This document shows, in pieces, positions 1-9,625 of a stretch of DNA of 41,741 bases (positions are counted from its first letter, which is position 1; each line of letters opens with the position of its first letter). The position numbers and the translations under genes are program-made. Below the pieces are notes generated by a model. The model was given only the letters and a program-made list of their open reading frames with translations, was not told where the DNA came from and ran no database searches. The DNA is from a virus (taxonomy: Duplodnaviria > Heunggongvirae > Uroviricota > Caudoviricetes): the IMG/VR virus record IMGVR_UViG_3300045988_117301. One strand, written 5' to 3'.

Positions 1-151
1 TGCGGGAAAGCAGACGCAAGAAATAGCGGCAATGTCTGTCCGTCCAGTCGAGCATAGGAGCAATGCTAAACCGAGAACTCCCGTAAGCGCCAGTTTTCTC
101 AGGCATCGCGCTGGTTTGATTAGTTTTCTGTGTTTCAGGATTATCGTGCAT
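1..151 (-). CDS. dusA: tRNA-dihydrouridine synthase A, 5' portion (continues beyond window start); N-terminus supplied by prophage DNA
   Basis: Minus-strand frame from ATG at 151-149 (internal ATG at 106-104) reads [50 protein letters not shown] and stays open to position 1; [14 protein letters not shown] is the conserved DusA N-terminal motif. Confidence 0.7.
   Translation of the reverse strand, partial: MHDNPETQKTNQTSAMPEKTGAYGSSRFSIAPMLDWTDRHCRYFLRLLSR
44..105. repeat. attL: left copy of imperfect direct repeat, 8-bp identical core TCGAGCAT at 48-55
   Basis: About 79% identity to 41683-41741 over roughly 57 bp; core tcgagcat identical at both ends. Confidence 0.7.
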
Positions 152-184
152 TTTTGAACATTTCAGGCTATTTTTCTCGCGTTA

Positions 185-219
185 GGTTCCCGCACAGGTT
201 CCCACGATTTATGGGAACC
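185..219. promoter_or_regulatory. GGTTCCC repeat cluster upstream of int (two direct copies 185-191 and 197-203, one inverted 213-219); candidate integrase arm-type sites or int promoter elements
   Basis: Exact heptamer repeats seen directly; similar GGTTCCC/GGCTCCC pair at 41626-41643 on the other att arm. Confidence 0.35.
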
Positions 220-239
220 CGAAATAACGAGGTCGTGTA

Positions 240-1337
240 ATGGCGTACTATAACATAGAGAAACGACTAAAATCCGATGGCACACCACGCTATCGCTGTA
301 ATGTGATTATCAAAGAAAAAGGTGTTATCACTTACAGGGAAAGCAAAACATTCCCTAAACATGCCCATGCCAAAACATGGGGTACACAGAAAGTGATGGA
401 ATTAGATCTATATGGCATTCCATCATCAAATGCAGTTGACGGACTTACAGTCCGTGACTTACTACACAAATATTTAAATGACCCAAATGCCGGAGGTAAA
501 GCAGGTCGTACTAAAAGATATGTGCTGGAACTGCTTATGGATAGTGACATCTCCGCGATCAAACTATCCGAACTGACAGAAAATGACGTAATTGAACATT
601 GTAGGCTAAGAAACAACGCTGGTGCAGGTCCAGCAACAGTCAGCCACGATGTTAGTTATCTTGGCAGTGTTCTGGATGCGGCCAAACCTGTATACGGAAT
701 TAATTACACATCAAACCCGGCGAAAAGTGCTCGTCCATATCTACTTAAACTTGGTTTGATTGGTAAATCAAACCGTCGTAATCGTAGACCGGCATCTGAT
801 GAACTGGACATGCTCATTGAAGGTCTTCAACAACGATCTACACATAAATGCTCAAAAATTCCGTTCGTTGATATCCTCAAATTTTCTGTGTGGTCCTGTA
901 TGCGAATCGGAGAAGTATGCCGGTTACGATGGGAAGATCTCGACCAGGAACAAAAATCTATACTCGTAAGAGACAGGAAAGATCCACGCAAAAAGGAAGG
1001 CAACCACATGAAAGTAGCCTTGCTTGGGGAAGCCTGGGATATCGTCCAACGACAGCCCCAAAAATCGGAATTCATTTTTCCATATAACAGCACTTCTGTT
1101 ACTGCGGGATTTCAGAGGGTAAGAAGCAAATTAGGTATTAAAGATCTGCGATACCATGATTTGCGTAGAGAAGGGGCAAGTCGCTTATTTGAGGCTGGTT
1201 TTAGTATTGAGGAAGTCGCCCAAGTTACAGGGCATCGTTCATTAAACGTGCTATGGCAGGTATATACCGAACTGTATCCGAAATCTTTACATAATCGTTT
1301 TGAAGAGCTCCAAAAGAGCAGAAATAAGACCTCTTGA
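240..1337 (+). CDS. int: Tyrosine recombinase/integrase (dusA-targeting phage integrase)
   Basis: 365-aa ORF with ATG at 240 and a Shine-Dalgarno GAGG upstream; C-terminal region with R..HxxR..Y-type motifs (HDLRREGASR, LYPKSL); adjacent to attL. Confidence 0.9.
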   Translation: MAYYNIEKRLKSDGTPRYRCNVIIKEKGVITYRESKTFPKHAHAKTWGTQKVMELDLYGIPSSNAVDGLTVRDLLHKYLNDPNAGGKAGRTKRYVLELLMDSDISAIKLSELTENDVIEHCRLRNNAGAGPATVSHDVSYLGSVLDAAKPVYGINYTSNPAKSARPYLLKLGLIGKSNRRNRRPASDELDMLIEGLQQRSTHKCSKIPFVDILKFSVWSCMRIGEVCRLRWEDLDQEQKSILVRDRKDPRKKEGNHMKVALLGEAWDIVQRQPQKSEFIFPYNSTSVTAGFQRVRSKLGIKDLRYHDLRREGASRLFEAGFSIEEVAQVTGHRSLNVLWQVYTELYPKSLHNRFEELQKSRNKTS

Positions 1338-1385
1338 CACTGTTTATCCATACAGTTAAAAATAACACTGTATACAAACACAGTA
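1334..1385 (+). promoter_or_regulatory. Promoter with perfect -35 TTGACA (1334-1339) overlapped by two LexA (SOS) boxes, CTGT-N8-ACAG, at 1340-1355 and 1368-1383
   Basis: cACTGTttatccatACAGtt and cACTGTatacaaacACAGta match the E. coli LexA box pattern; located immediately upstream of the dinI-like gene. Confidence 0.6.
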
Positions 1386-1398
1386 TAGAGGGACTTTT

Positions 1399-1647
1399 AT
1401 GCGTATTGAAATCTGCATAGCCAAAGAAAAAATGACTAAAATGCCAACCGGTGCTGTGGATGCGTTAAAGGAAGAATTAACCCGACGCATCAGTAAACGT
1501 TATGACGATGTAGAGGTGATCGTAAAAGCCACCAGCAACGATGGCCTTTCTGTTACGCGCACCGCCGATAAAGATTCAGCTAAAACTTTTGTTCAGGAAA
1601 CTCTGAAAGATACCTGGGAGTCTGCTGACGAGTGGTTTGTTCACTAA
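1399..1647 (+). CDS. DinI-like damage-inducible protein
   Basis: 82 aa, [11 protein letters not shown]...[11 protein letters not shown] resembles E. coli DinI (about 81 aa, C-terminal TWESADDWF); Shine-Dalgarno AGAGGGA; LexA boxes upstream. Confidence 0.8.
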   Translation: MRIEICIAKEKMTKMPTGAVDALKEELTRRISKRYDDVEVIVKATSNDGLSVTRTADKDSAKTFVQETLKDTWESADEWFVH

Positions 1648-1713
1648 TTAACACGTAAAATCGGTAACGGCTGGAAATCATTCAATACTCGCACTATCGA
1701 AAGTTAACCAGCC

Positions 1714-1760
1714 AGCCGCAGTATCCTATCATGACAAGTTACTGCGGCTTTTTACTTTTT
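1714..1760 (+). terminator. Rho-independent terminator after the dinI-like gene
   Basis: 10-bp stem agccgcagta/tactgcggct (1714-1723 and 1740-1749) followed by ttttacttttt. Confidence 0.55.
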
Positions 1761-1764
1761 ATAT

Positions 1765-2052
1765 TTAACGGATCAACATCCAGATCAGCAGACACGCCAC
1801 CACCGGCACAGCAAAATCCATCAGACTTGCCACATCCCATGCACGTGGATCAAAACCGCCCCACCACGGCATATTCATACGCTTGCCATGCCCGAACATT
1901 TCAATCCAGCGATATTCTGCCTGGGTGTGTTCACGCGCAATGAAGAACGTACAACCGGCTATCGCCCCGTAAGCCCAGTTTCCGGTAAAAAGACCAGCCA
2001 GTACCTGCACCGCTACGGCACAAAGCGCATGAAGTATCGACGTGATATCCAT
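1765..2052 (-). CDS. Hypothetical small membrane protein
   Basis: 95-aa ORF with ATG start; hydrophobic segments (AVAVQVLAGLF, FAVPVVACLLIWMLI); position between attP-side region and tail fiber genes. Confidence 0.45.
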   Translation of the reverse strand: MDITSILHALCAVAVQVLAGLFTGNWAYGAIAGCTFFIAREHTQAEYRWIEMFGHGKRMNMPWWGGFDPRAWDVASLMDFAVPVVACLLIWMLIR

Positions 2053-2061
2053 CTGCTATCC

Positions 2062-2340
2062 TTAAAACCACTCCCTGAGCGGGCGCTCTGGTGTAACCAC
2101 CCACTCACGGAACACGGAATCATCAAATCCATCGTCAAGAAGACGGATATTAACAAAGTACCCTTCGTTTCGCGTGTATTCTGGTTCTCCGTCATCAGGA
2201 ACATCTGTCTCCCTGAACGTAAAACCAATCTCATCAACCAGAACGGCATTCTGCAGCTCTTCGTCCTCTTCCCAGTTAAGTTTCCTGAGAAATGCCCTGA
2301 AATCTGCTTTATCACTGAAACGCAACGTGAAATCTCTCAC
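2062..2340 (-). CDS. Hypothetical phage protein downstream of side tail fiber (position of a tail fiber assembly/chaperone gene; no recognisable Tfa similarity)
   Basis: 92-aa ORF, GTG start overlapping stf stop (GTGA), Shine-Dalgarno GGGAGG 7 nt upstream. Confidence 0.4.
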   Translation of the reverse strand: MRDFTLRFSDKADFRAFLRKLNWEEDEELQNAVLVDEIGFTFRETDVPDDGEPEYTRNEGYFVNIRLLDDGFDDSVFREWVVTPERPLREWF

Positions 2341-4400
2341 TCCACAACCTCCCCAAGCTGCGCATCTGTTAGCTCTTTATGCCAGAGACGAAAATTCCTC
2401 ACATGCCCAAATAAATGGCGTAATCCTGCTGTAGTTTGTCCACCAATGCGAATGGTTGCTGTACTCCGGATATATTCCCATTTGGTTTTAGTTTCGCTGC
2501 TTAACTTACCGTTACTGACTACACATGTGGACCGTTCGGACTTTACCCGCATACCAATAAGCATTTTTTCCAGCCCGGCATTTTCATTTATTCGTCGGTC
2601 TGAACCACCTATATCGCAATACGGAAAACCGTCGTACCCACCTGATGAACCAAACCCCATTACGATCCCCGCTCCGGTTTGATGACCGCCGGTATCAAAA
2701 ACACGCGGCGCTACATTTGGCGTTTTATACCAGTTCTTATGTACCTCACAAAGAACCGTAAAAGGAAGATTATAAAGGTTATTCTTGATTGGGACTGTCA
2801 CCATATCGCTTGCCCGCGTTGCCGGTGTCGTCCCCGTAACAATAAAAGATGATGTGCCTGTACCAGCCTCAATCTGTGGAGTGGTTACATCGAGATAATC
2901 CCCTGATGCAACCATCTGCCCTGTATCCGGAGAATACTGGACAAAACCACCAACCGTATTTTCTGTTGTATCTGCTTTTAATGTAGCCTCAAAAAATATC
3001 CAGCCAGTTGCATCATCCTTAACAGACCTTGCTGTAACACGGCTTGTCTGACCTGTCTTGCTAATTATGCGGGTGGTAAGGTTCAGGTTTGCTGCTCCTA
3101 TTGATGTCCTTACCTCCCCATCATAATGTTCAAATAAAATACGAACGGCGATATTATCAACTTCACTTTTTACCCGACAGGATATAGTTACATGCTTTTC
3201 GTCCCCTGAAGTATCAACCCCTCCGGTACTCGAATACAGTCCGATAATGGTATGCGCTTTACTTGTACCAACAATCGAATCCTGTACGACAAACCGGCCA
3301 TAATTAAACCCGAAACTATCTGTGCCTGTTTCTGTAACGTCCAGTGAAGTTGACTTATTCCACTTCGAAGGGTCTGTACTGTTCTGGAAGAAGTTCGTTC
3401 TTTGTCCCTCAATAAGCAGGCCATCACACTCAAATCGCGGCTCATTAATTTCCGCCGTTTTCAGTTCGCCAGATTTGTTGATATATGTTGCCGTTGATGC
3501 GCGACTGAAATTAACCTGTTTATCACTGGCAACCTGAACCACATTATCACCAATCTTCACTTTTTTATAACCCGGAGAATAGCCCGTAATCATATCCAGC
3601 GAATCATTAAAGGGTATCCACACATCCGGCAGCGGCTGTAAAACATATCTGTACGGCTCTGCTGTCTGGTTTGCGTATTCTCTGGCAGCATCTTCACTTG
3701 CTTTTGCTGCCGTCTGGCTTGCTGCCGATGCTTTCGCCGAGTTCGCCGCCGCTGTTTCGCTCACCTTTGCGTTGGCTTCACTGTCTTTGGCATTCGTCTC
3801 ACTGGTTTTCGCTGCCGTCTGGCTGGATTTTGCGTTTTTTTCGCTGGCCTTTGTGGCTGTCTCGCTATTTTTCGCGCTGGTTTCTGATTTTTTGGCTGCT
3901 GTCGCGGAGTTTGCCGATGCAGTCTGCGAGGCCGCTGCCGCCTGTGCGCTGTTAGCTGCATTCGTTTCTGAGGTTTTCGCCGCATTCTTCGATGAGGCTG
4001 CTGCCGTTTCGGATTTCTTTGCCGCCGCTGCACTCTGTGATGACGCTCCGGCATGACGTGCCACTTCATTCACCATCAGCTCAAAACGGCGCAGTGCCTC
4101 CGGACGAACATCATCCTCCGTCATGGCACCGAGAAAATCATTCAGCGTACCTGGTCTGGAACCTTCATAGACGGTAATGGTCCCGGCATGTGAAGGCGGA
4201 AAACCTTCAACCAGCAGGGCGACGCTGTACTGGCCATACTCAACATCCATGCTGTAACGCCCGGCTTCATCCGGATTTTCAGAGGCCACCGTGTTCACCA
4301 CCACCGTGCTGCTGGTCCGTCTGGCCTTCAGCACAATGGTGCAGTTCTGTACTGGTTTTCCTGTGCCATCTTTAAGCACGCCAGAAATTTTTACTGTCAT
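2337..4400 (-). CDS. Side tail fiber protein
   Basis: 687 aa; N-terminal MTVKISGVLKDGTGKPVQNCTIVLKARR... is the conserved prophage tail fibre N-terminal domain; long Ala/Ser/Thr/Lys-rich repeat tract (AAKTSETNA-type) as in StfR-type fibers; Shine-Dalgarno GGTGGA. Confidence 0.85.
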   Translation of the reverse strand: MTVKISGVLKDGTGKPVQNCTIVLKARRTSSTVVVNTVASENPDEAGRYSMDVEYGQYSVALLVEGFPPSHAGTITVYEGSRPGTLNDFLGAMTEDDVRPEALRRFELMVNEVARHAGASSQSAAAAKKSETAAASSKNAAKTSETNAANSAQAAAASQTASANSATAAKKSETSAKNSETATKASEKNAKSSQTAAKTSETNAKDSEANAKVSETAAANSAKASAASQTAAKASEDAAREYANQTAEPYRYVLQPLPDVWIPFNDSLDMITGYSPGYKKVKIGDNVVQVASDKQVNFSRASTATYINKSGELKTAEINEPRFECDGLLIEGQRTNFFQNSTDPSKWNKSTSLDVTETGTDSFGFNYGRFVVQDSIVGTSKAHTIIGLYSSTGGVDTSGDEKHVTISCRVKSEVDNIAVRILFEHYDGEVRTSIGAANLNLTTRIISKTGQTSRVTARSVKDDATGWIFFEATLKADTTENTVGGFVQYSPDTGQMVASGDYLDVTTPQIEAGTGTSSFIVTGTTPATRASDMVTVPIKNNLYNLPFTVLCEVHKNWYKTPNVAPRVFDTGGHQTGAGIVMGFGSSGGYDGFPYCDIGGSDRRINENAGLEKMLIGMRVKSERSTCVVSNGKLSSETKTKWEYIRSTATIRIGGQTTAGLRHLFGHVRNFRLWHKELTDAQLGEVVE

Positions 4401-4413
4401 ACTTTTCCACCAA

Positions 4414-4446
4414 TAAAAAAAGCCCGCAGCAGTGACGCCACGGGCT
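4414..4446 (-). terminator. Rho-independent terminator between lom and stf
   Basis: Minus strand: stem GCCCG..CGGGC followed by TTTTTTTATT (plus-strand A-run 4414-4420, hairpin 4421-4446). Confidence 0.5.
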
Positions 4447-4551
4447 TCAGGACAGTGTAACTTTACGTTTCCTCAAACGCAGTTCACCCCATAAGGCGGA
4501 TGAACCTGCGTATCATAACAATATTTACAGAAGATAAATCGGCGTCTGTTG

Positions 4552-5151
4552 TCAGAAACGGTATCCGATACCAACAATAAATGCATCCGTTCGCCAGTCG
4601 CCACTGCCGGAGCCTTCATAAGCAATATCAATGGCCACGGATTCGGTCGGGTTAAACTGCACGCCAGCTCCCCACGCCAGAGAGGTATTGCTGTGGCGAC
4701 CGTCATCACTTCCGGTCAGCACGTCGTGCGTTTTCCCCTTGTTGTCAGTTACGCGGAGATAATCCCCGGAGAAAGTCGACACACGGCTGTAAGCCACACC
4801 CGCGATCGCATACGCGCTGAACCATTCATTCACGCGCACAGACGGCCCCGCCATCACGCTGAACCAGCGGTTACGCACGGAATCTTCATGCCAGCGGGTA
4901 TCGCTGTAATGCGTTTTTTGTTCATCTTCTGCGTCGGCATAACTGAAAGACGTAATCAGCCCCAGCGTGTCCGTAAATTCATAACGGTATTTCACGTTAA
5001 TCCCGTTCAGATTATCGCTTCCTGGCATATCAGTGTGGGTCTGAAGATACCCGGCGCTTAGTGTGGACTGATGCTCTGCTGCGCTCGCTGGCGTACCAGC
5101 GGCAACCAGCCAGACTACTGCGGACAGAATAACAGCACATAATTTACGCAT
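4552..5151 (-). CDS. lom: Ail/Lom/PagC-family outer membrane protein
   Basis: 199 aa with signal peptide (MRKLCAVILSAVVWLVAAGTPASA), beta-barrel OMP pattern ending in aromatic GIGYRF; in the lambda lom position between J and stf. Confidence 0.85.
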   Translation of the reverse strand: MRKLCAVILSAVVWLVAAGTPASAAEHQSTLSAGYLQTHTDMPGSDNLNGINVKYRYEFTDTLGLITSFSYADAEDEQKTHYSDTRWHEDSVRNRWFSVMAGPSVRVNEWFSAYAIAGVAYSRVSTFSGDYLRVTDNKGKTHDVLTGSDDGRHSNTSLAWGAGVQFNPTESVAIDIAYEGSGSGDWRTDAFIVGIGYRF

Positions 5152-5174
5152 AATTACCTCTCGCTTTTCTGCAA

Positions 5175-5200
5175 TAAAAAAGGCGCCATTTCTGGCGCCC
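5175..5200 (-). terminator. Rho-independent terminator downstream of J, upstream of lom
   Basis: Palindromic stem GGCGCC (5182-5187 and 5194-5199), T-run on the minus strand (plus-strand A-run 5175-5181). Confidence 0.55.
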
Positions 5201-5218
5201 GTATTGGGGTTATAAAAT

Positions 5219-8200
5219 TCAGCTAATCGTGATGCCTGCAGTGGCTTTCTTCATCACAACAACCAGCAAATCGCTGATACTTGCTGTGGGATACCAGCCA
5301 TTTACCCACCATGCTGATACAGAAAACTCCAGCGTCATGTGGCCGCGACCAGCAGGCATATCAATAACACCACTGTAAACCAGCGTATTATCCATCGCGG
5401 TACGGTTATAAATTTCAGCACCGTTTTTCTTCACTATCAGGCGGCATGACGAATAAGTATCGCTGTTCTCCCGCTCATGTCTGGCACCGCTGAAAGCCAC
5501 CGCCGGAATAACAATCTGCCGGTTAAACGGCTGATCGTCATAAACCCTGACGGTAATGGTTCCTGATGGCCAACGCTCCGGTGCACGGGAGTCACGAGGG
5601 AAAGCCTTACCCACTGTTTTAACGAGATCGCCTTCAATCTGGTTTGCAGACAGTTTCCCTCTGATGACACAGTTCTCGTTAATGGTGACATTATTGAGCG
5701 TGCCGGTATTCGCCGTGATGGCTCCACTGATATCCGCATTGCGGGCTGTCAGCCTGCCATCCGGCGTCAGGGAAAACGTCGGAGGATTGCCGGATGACGT
5801 GATGCTCACCGCAAACAGTCGCTTCAGGAACACGTCGTTCATGAACAGCTGATTCCCCTGCGCCACAAACAGCGGCGTGGTGTTGCCGTTCTCCGGGGTA
5901 ATCATCGCAATGCGATCGGCCTGCAGCAGAATGTTACTCAGGGTCTGACCATCAACATCCTCAATCCCCGCACCAATCCCGGCCACATAGGGAATACCGT
6001 TTTTTGTTTTCTGCACCTTCAGCATATACATGGCATTCAGCTCATTGCGCGTGTCTGACTGAACCCGCTGGATTTGCTGTATGGTCACGGCCTGGTCACC
6101 CAGCTTTTTATCCGTGGTCGAGGTAATTTCACTCCCTTTTTTATCCACGTACTGGCGGACCTGTGCTATCTGTCGGGCGTTTTCTGACTGCCCCTGGCTG
6201 ACAGTCTGTGAGATTTCACTGCTCACCCGGTCCACTTTCTGGCTCACCTGCGCGATGGCCAGTGTCTGGTCCTCATTCTTTTTCGCAACCAGCTGCGTGA
6301 GGCTGTTTTCCGCCTTCCCGATTTTCCGGGTCACTTCTGCGATATCCGTGTCCATCCGCTGACGGATATCTTCTTCCAGTTGCGTGACCTCCGTACGCAG
6401 CGCTGAAGCATCAATGCGCTCTTTCAGTGCCTGGCCCAGAAGCGTCTCATCTATCAGCCCCCGGAAAATTTCCAGATACCCTTCACCATCATTGCTGGGC
6501 TGCCCGCTGGCTTCCACAAAAGCAGATTTTCCCACCAGGTTGACGCTTCGCACGTAAAACCAGAAATCCGTCCCCGGCTTAATCCGGCTCCCCTGGACAG
6601 TCCACTGACTGCCGGTCCCCAGATAACGGGCAGATTTTTCCACCTGTGCTGTGTTCGTGATGCGTTTTTCTGAGAACCAGAATTCAAACTGTACCGTCGG
6701 GTCATACACCGCAAGACGCGGGACCGCCGTTATCTGAAAATACCCCGGCGTCAGCTCAATGGTGGCGGGTTTTGCAGGTGCGTTAATCCGGAACGATACC
6801 GACGCCGGATCGCCCTGCTGTCCCCGGGTATTTACCGCCCGGACCGTCAGCGTGTAACGCCCCAGCGCCAGCTGCCTGAAGCGGTAAGTGGTTTCCGCCG
6901 TCCGGGCCGTGCTGACCAGCCGCTCACTGCCGTCATCCGCTGTTACGGTCAGACGGAGCAGGAAGCTCACGCCCTTCACCACCTTCGGCGTGTCCCAGCG
7001 CGCCAGCACCTGATATTCCCCGCTGTCTGCGGTGACTTCGGCGGTCAGGTGCTGCACCGCTGGCGGCGTGACACCATTCACCGTGCCGCTCTGGTCGCCG
7101 TCAAAGTGCGCTCCGTTATCCACGATGGCCTCTTTTTCCGGTACATGCTGCACGGCGGTGATGGCATACGCACCGTCATCGTTCTCCCGGATACTCACAC
7201 AGCGGAACAGGCGCTGGCGCAGCGTCGGCAGCTTCAGCCCCCACACGCTGTATTCGGCAACGCCGTCAGGAATACGGCTCACTTTCACCTTCACGCCGTC
7301 GGTGACGGACTGGACCTCCACGCTGACCGGATTACCCTGACCGTCAACAAGGCTTATCAGCGTGGTACCGGAGGATGGCAGCGTGATTTCACGGTCGAGC
7401 GTCAGCGTCCGGGTCTGGCTGTTCACCGCCAGCACGCGCCCGCCGGTGCTGATACCGGCATAGTCATCATCACAGATTTCAATGACATCGCCCGGAACAT
7501 GGCGAAGCCCTTCTGCGCCCACGCTGAAATCCACGGTCTGCGTTTCCAGCAGTTCCGTTTTAATCAGCCACAGCCCGGCGCGGTGTGCCTGCCCCCGGCT
7601 GGTACAGCCAAAGGCATCCATCTTCGTGACATTACGACCGTAACGGGCAATGGCCTGCGTATCTTCAACAAGCTCTGTCGCCGTCTCCCAGCCGTTGTTC
7701 GGGTCAATCCAGTTCACCTCAACGGCATTATGGCGGTCCTTCAGGGCGCTGAAGCTGTAGCGGAACGGCGCGCCATCATCCGGCATCACCACATTACTGC
7801 GGTTATAGGTCCACACCTTATCCGACTGTCGGTCCTGCACGAACGTCAGCGTCTGCCCGTTCCATACCGGCATACAGCGCATCGCCGAGCAGAAATCACT
7901 GAGCACATCCCACGCCTTGCGCTGTGTGGTCAGGTACGCATTACAGGTGATGCGCGGCTCCGTGCCGCCAAAGCCGTCCGGCACTGACTGGTCGCAGTAC
8001 TGGCCGATGACATACAGCGCCCATTTGTCCACATCCGCCGCACCAAGACGTTTCCCCATGCCGTAGCGCGGGTGGGTCAGCATATCCCACAGACACCAGG
8101 CCATGTTGTTGCTGTATGCTGGTTTTAACGTTCCGTCCCAGATACCGCTGTATTGCCGCGTCTGCGGGTTATAATTCGACGGCACCTGCAGAATGCGCCC

Positions 8201-8917
8201 GCGAAGATGATAATTACGGCTCACCTGCTGGCTGCCGAACTGCTCCGAATCCACCTGCACGCCGACCAGTGCCGTGTTCGGGTAGCACTGTTTCACATCG
8301 ATGATTTCGGTGTATGACGACCAGAGCGTTTTGTTCTGCAGCTGGTCTGTGGTGCTGTCCGGCGTCATCCTGCGCATCCGGATATTAAACGGGCGCGGCG
8401 GCAGGTTATCCACCACCACCGAGGCCAGATACTGTGAAGTGGTTTTACCCTTAATGGTGATGTCTTTTTCCGTCACCCAGCCACCGTTACGTTGTATCTG
8501 AACCAGCAGGCGGACTTCCGATGGATTCCTGTCCCCCTTTGAGGTGGTTTCCACCAGTGCCTGCACGCCGAAAGTAAAACGCAGACGGTCAATGTTTGCC
8601 GACGTGATGGTCCGGGTGATCGGAGTGTCATATTTCACTTCTGTACCGAGCACCGTCTCGGAGCCGGAGGATTCAAACCCCTCCGGCGGTGTCTGCTCCT
8701 GCTCACCGGCACGGAACACCACCGTGACGCCGGAGATATTGGTATTCCCCTCACTGTCCAGCACCGGCGTACTGTTCAGCAGCACGCTTTTTAATCTATC
8801 CACCGGACCTTCAACCGGCCCTTCGCTGATGGCATCGATCACACTCAGCAGCTGCGTGGACTTCAGGTTGTCCTTCGCTTCGCGCGGGGTATGCCCCTTA
8901 CTGCTGCCTTTACCCAT
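5219..8917 (-). CDS. J: Tail tip / host specificity protein J
   Basis: 1232 aa; N-terminus [37 protein letters not shown] and overall architecture match lambda J; follows the I-K-L-M block. Confidence 0.95.
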   Translation of the reverse strand: MGKGSSKGHTPREAKDNLKSTQLLSVIDAISEGPVEGPVDRLKSVLLNSTPVLDSEGNTNISGVTVVFRAGEQEQTPPEGFESSGSETVLGTEVKYDTPITRTITSANIDRLRFTFGVQALVETTSKGDRNPSEVRLLVQIQRNGGWVTEKDITIKGKTTSQYLASVVVDNLPPRPFNIRMRRMTPDSTTDQLQNKTLWSSYTEIIDVKQCYPNTALVGVQVDSEQFGSQQVSRNYHLRGRILQVPSNYNPQTRQYSGIWDGTLKPAYSNNMAWCLWDMLTHPRYGMGKRLGAADVDKWALYVIGQYCDQSVPDGFGGTEPRITCNAYLTTQRKAWDVLSDFCSAMRCMPVWNGQTLTFVQDRQSDKVWTYNRSNVVMPDDGAPFRYSFSALKDRHNAVEVNWIDPNNGWETATELVEDTQAIARYGRNVTKMDAFGCTSRGQAHRAGLWLIKTELLETQTVDFSVGAEGLRHVPGDVIEICDDDYAGISTGGRVLAVNSQTRTLTLDREITLPSSGTTLISLVDGQGNPVSVEVQSVTDGVKVKVSRIPDGVAEYSVWGLKLPTLRQRLFRCVSIRENDDGAYAITAVQHVPEKEAIVDNGAHFDGDQSGTVNGVTPPAVQHLTAEVTADSGEYQVLARWDTPKVVKGVSFLLRLTVTADDGSERLVSTARTAETTYRFRQLALGRYTLTVRAVNTRGQQGDPASVSFRINAPAKPATIELTPGYFQITAVPRLAVYDPTVQFEFWFSEKRITNTAQVEKSARYLGTGSQWTVQGSRIKPGTDFWFYVRSVNLVGKSAFVEASGQPSNDGEGYLEIFRGLIDETLLGQALKERIDASALRTEVTQLEEDIRQRMDTDIAEVTRKIGKAENSLTQLVAKKNEDQTLAIAQVSQKVDRVSSEISQTVSQGQSENARQIAQVRQYVDKKGSEITSTTDKKLGDQAVTIQQIQRVQSDTRNELNAMYMLKVQKTKNGIPYVAGIGAGIEDVDGQTLSNILLQADRIAMITPENGNTTPLFVAQGNQLFMNDVFLKRLFAVSITSSGNPPTFSLTPDGRLTARNADISGAITANTGTLNNVTINENCVIRGKLSANQIEGDLVKTVGKAFPRDSRAPERWPSGTITVRVYDDQPFNRQIVIPAVAFSGARHERENSDTYSSCRLIVKKNGAEIYNRTAMDNTLVYSGVIDMPAGRGHMTLEFSVSAWWVNGWYPTASISDLLVVVMKKATAGITIS

Positions 8918-8977
8918 TCGTCATGCTCCATAAACGATAAAACCGCCCGGAGGCGGTTTCACATAAAACATTTTGCA

Positions 8978-9625
8978 TCAGCGACCAATCACCACAACCT
9001 GACCACCATCCCCTTCGTCTGCCGTGCTGATCTCCTGAGAAACCACGCGTGACCCCACGCGCATTTCACCGTACAGAACCGGCAGAACATTGCCCTGGGC
9101 AACCATGTTATCCAGTGACGAGAAATAGGTGTTCTGTTTGCCGTTATCTGTACTGGCTGCCGTGGGCGTCCTGGCTTTCGGTGCCAGCATCTGCGCCACA
9201 CCACCCAGGATCATACTGGCCCCTGCTGCATACAGACCCGATACAGCCGCGGCCCCCAGCCAGCCAACAGGGTTCCACCATGCCACCGCAATCAGCGCCG
9301 CACCCAGCACCGCCTGAAACACACCGCCACTTTTGGCACCCGCCAGACGCGGAACGACGTGGATCACGGCACCATTTGCCAGCGGTTCATTAAGACGGGC
9401 AGATAATTCATTTTCGCCTGCATCACGCCCGGAAATGCGCACCTGATACCAGCCCTCATTCAGTTTCTGGCGAAACGACGGAAGCTGTGTGGCCAGCGCC
9501 CGGATGGCTTCAGCCCCCGTTTTCACACGAAGGTCGATGCGGCGGCCAAATCGTTGTAAATCCCCGTAAAGGCAGATGCGTGCCATGCCCGGTGACGCCA
9601 GAGGGAGTGTGTGCGTCGCTGCCAT
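8978..9625 (-). CDS. I: Tail assembly protein I
   Basis: MAATHTLPLASPGMARICLYGDLQRFGRRIDLRVKTGAEAIRALATQLP... and C-terminal ...VSQEISTADEGDGGQVVVIGR closely match lambda gpI as recalled; overlaps the K 3' end as in lambda. Confidence 0.9.
   Translation of the reverse strand: MAATHTLPLASPGMARICLYGDLQRFGRRIDLRVKTGAEAIRALATQLPSFRQKLNEGWYQVRISGRDAGENELSARLNEPLANGAVIHVVPRLAGAKSGGVFQAVLGAALIAVAWWNPVGWLGAAAVSGLYAAGASMILGGVAQMLAPKARTPTAASTDNGKQNTYFSSLDNMVAQGNVLPVLYGEMRVGSRVVSQEISTADEGDGGQVVVIGR

Noticed and set aside
2062-2340. Calling the 92-aa protein downstream of stf a tail fiber assembly protein (tfa)
   Set aside because: The sequence does not resemble the lambda/TfaE-type Tfa proteins as recalled; kept as hypothetical with only a positional suggestion.
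7049-7987. 312-aa plus-strand ORF inside the J gene, and similar long antisense ORFs (10071-10919, 27530-28192, 17920-18504, 3772-4056, 11963-12448)
   Set aside because: They lie antisense to, or out of frame within, well-supported phage genes in GC-rich coding DNA, have no Shine-Dalgarno sequences or recognisable motifs, and many have low-complexity translations; treated as spurious.
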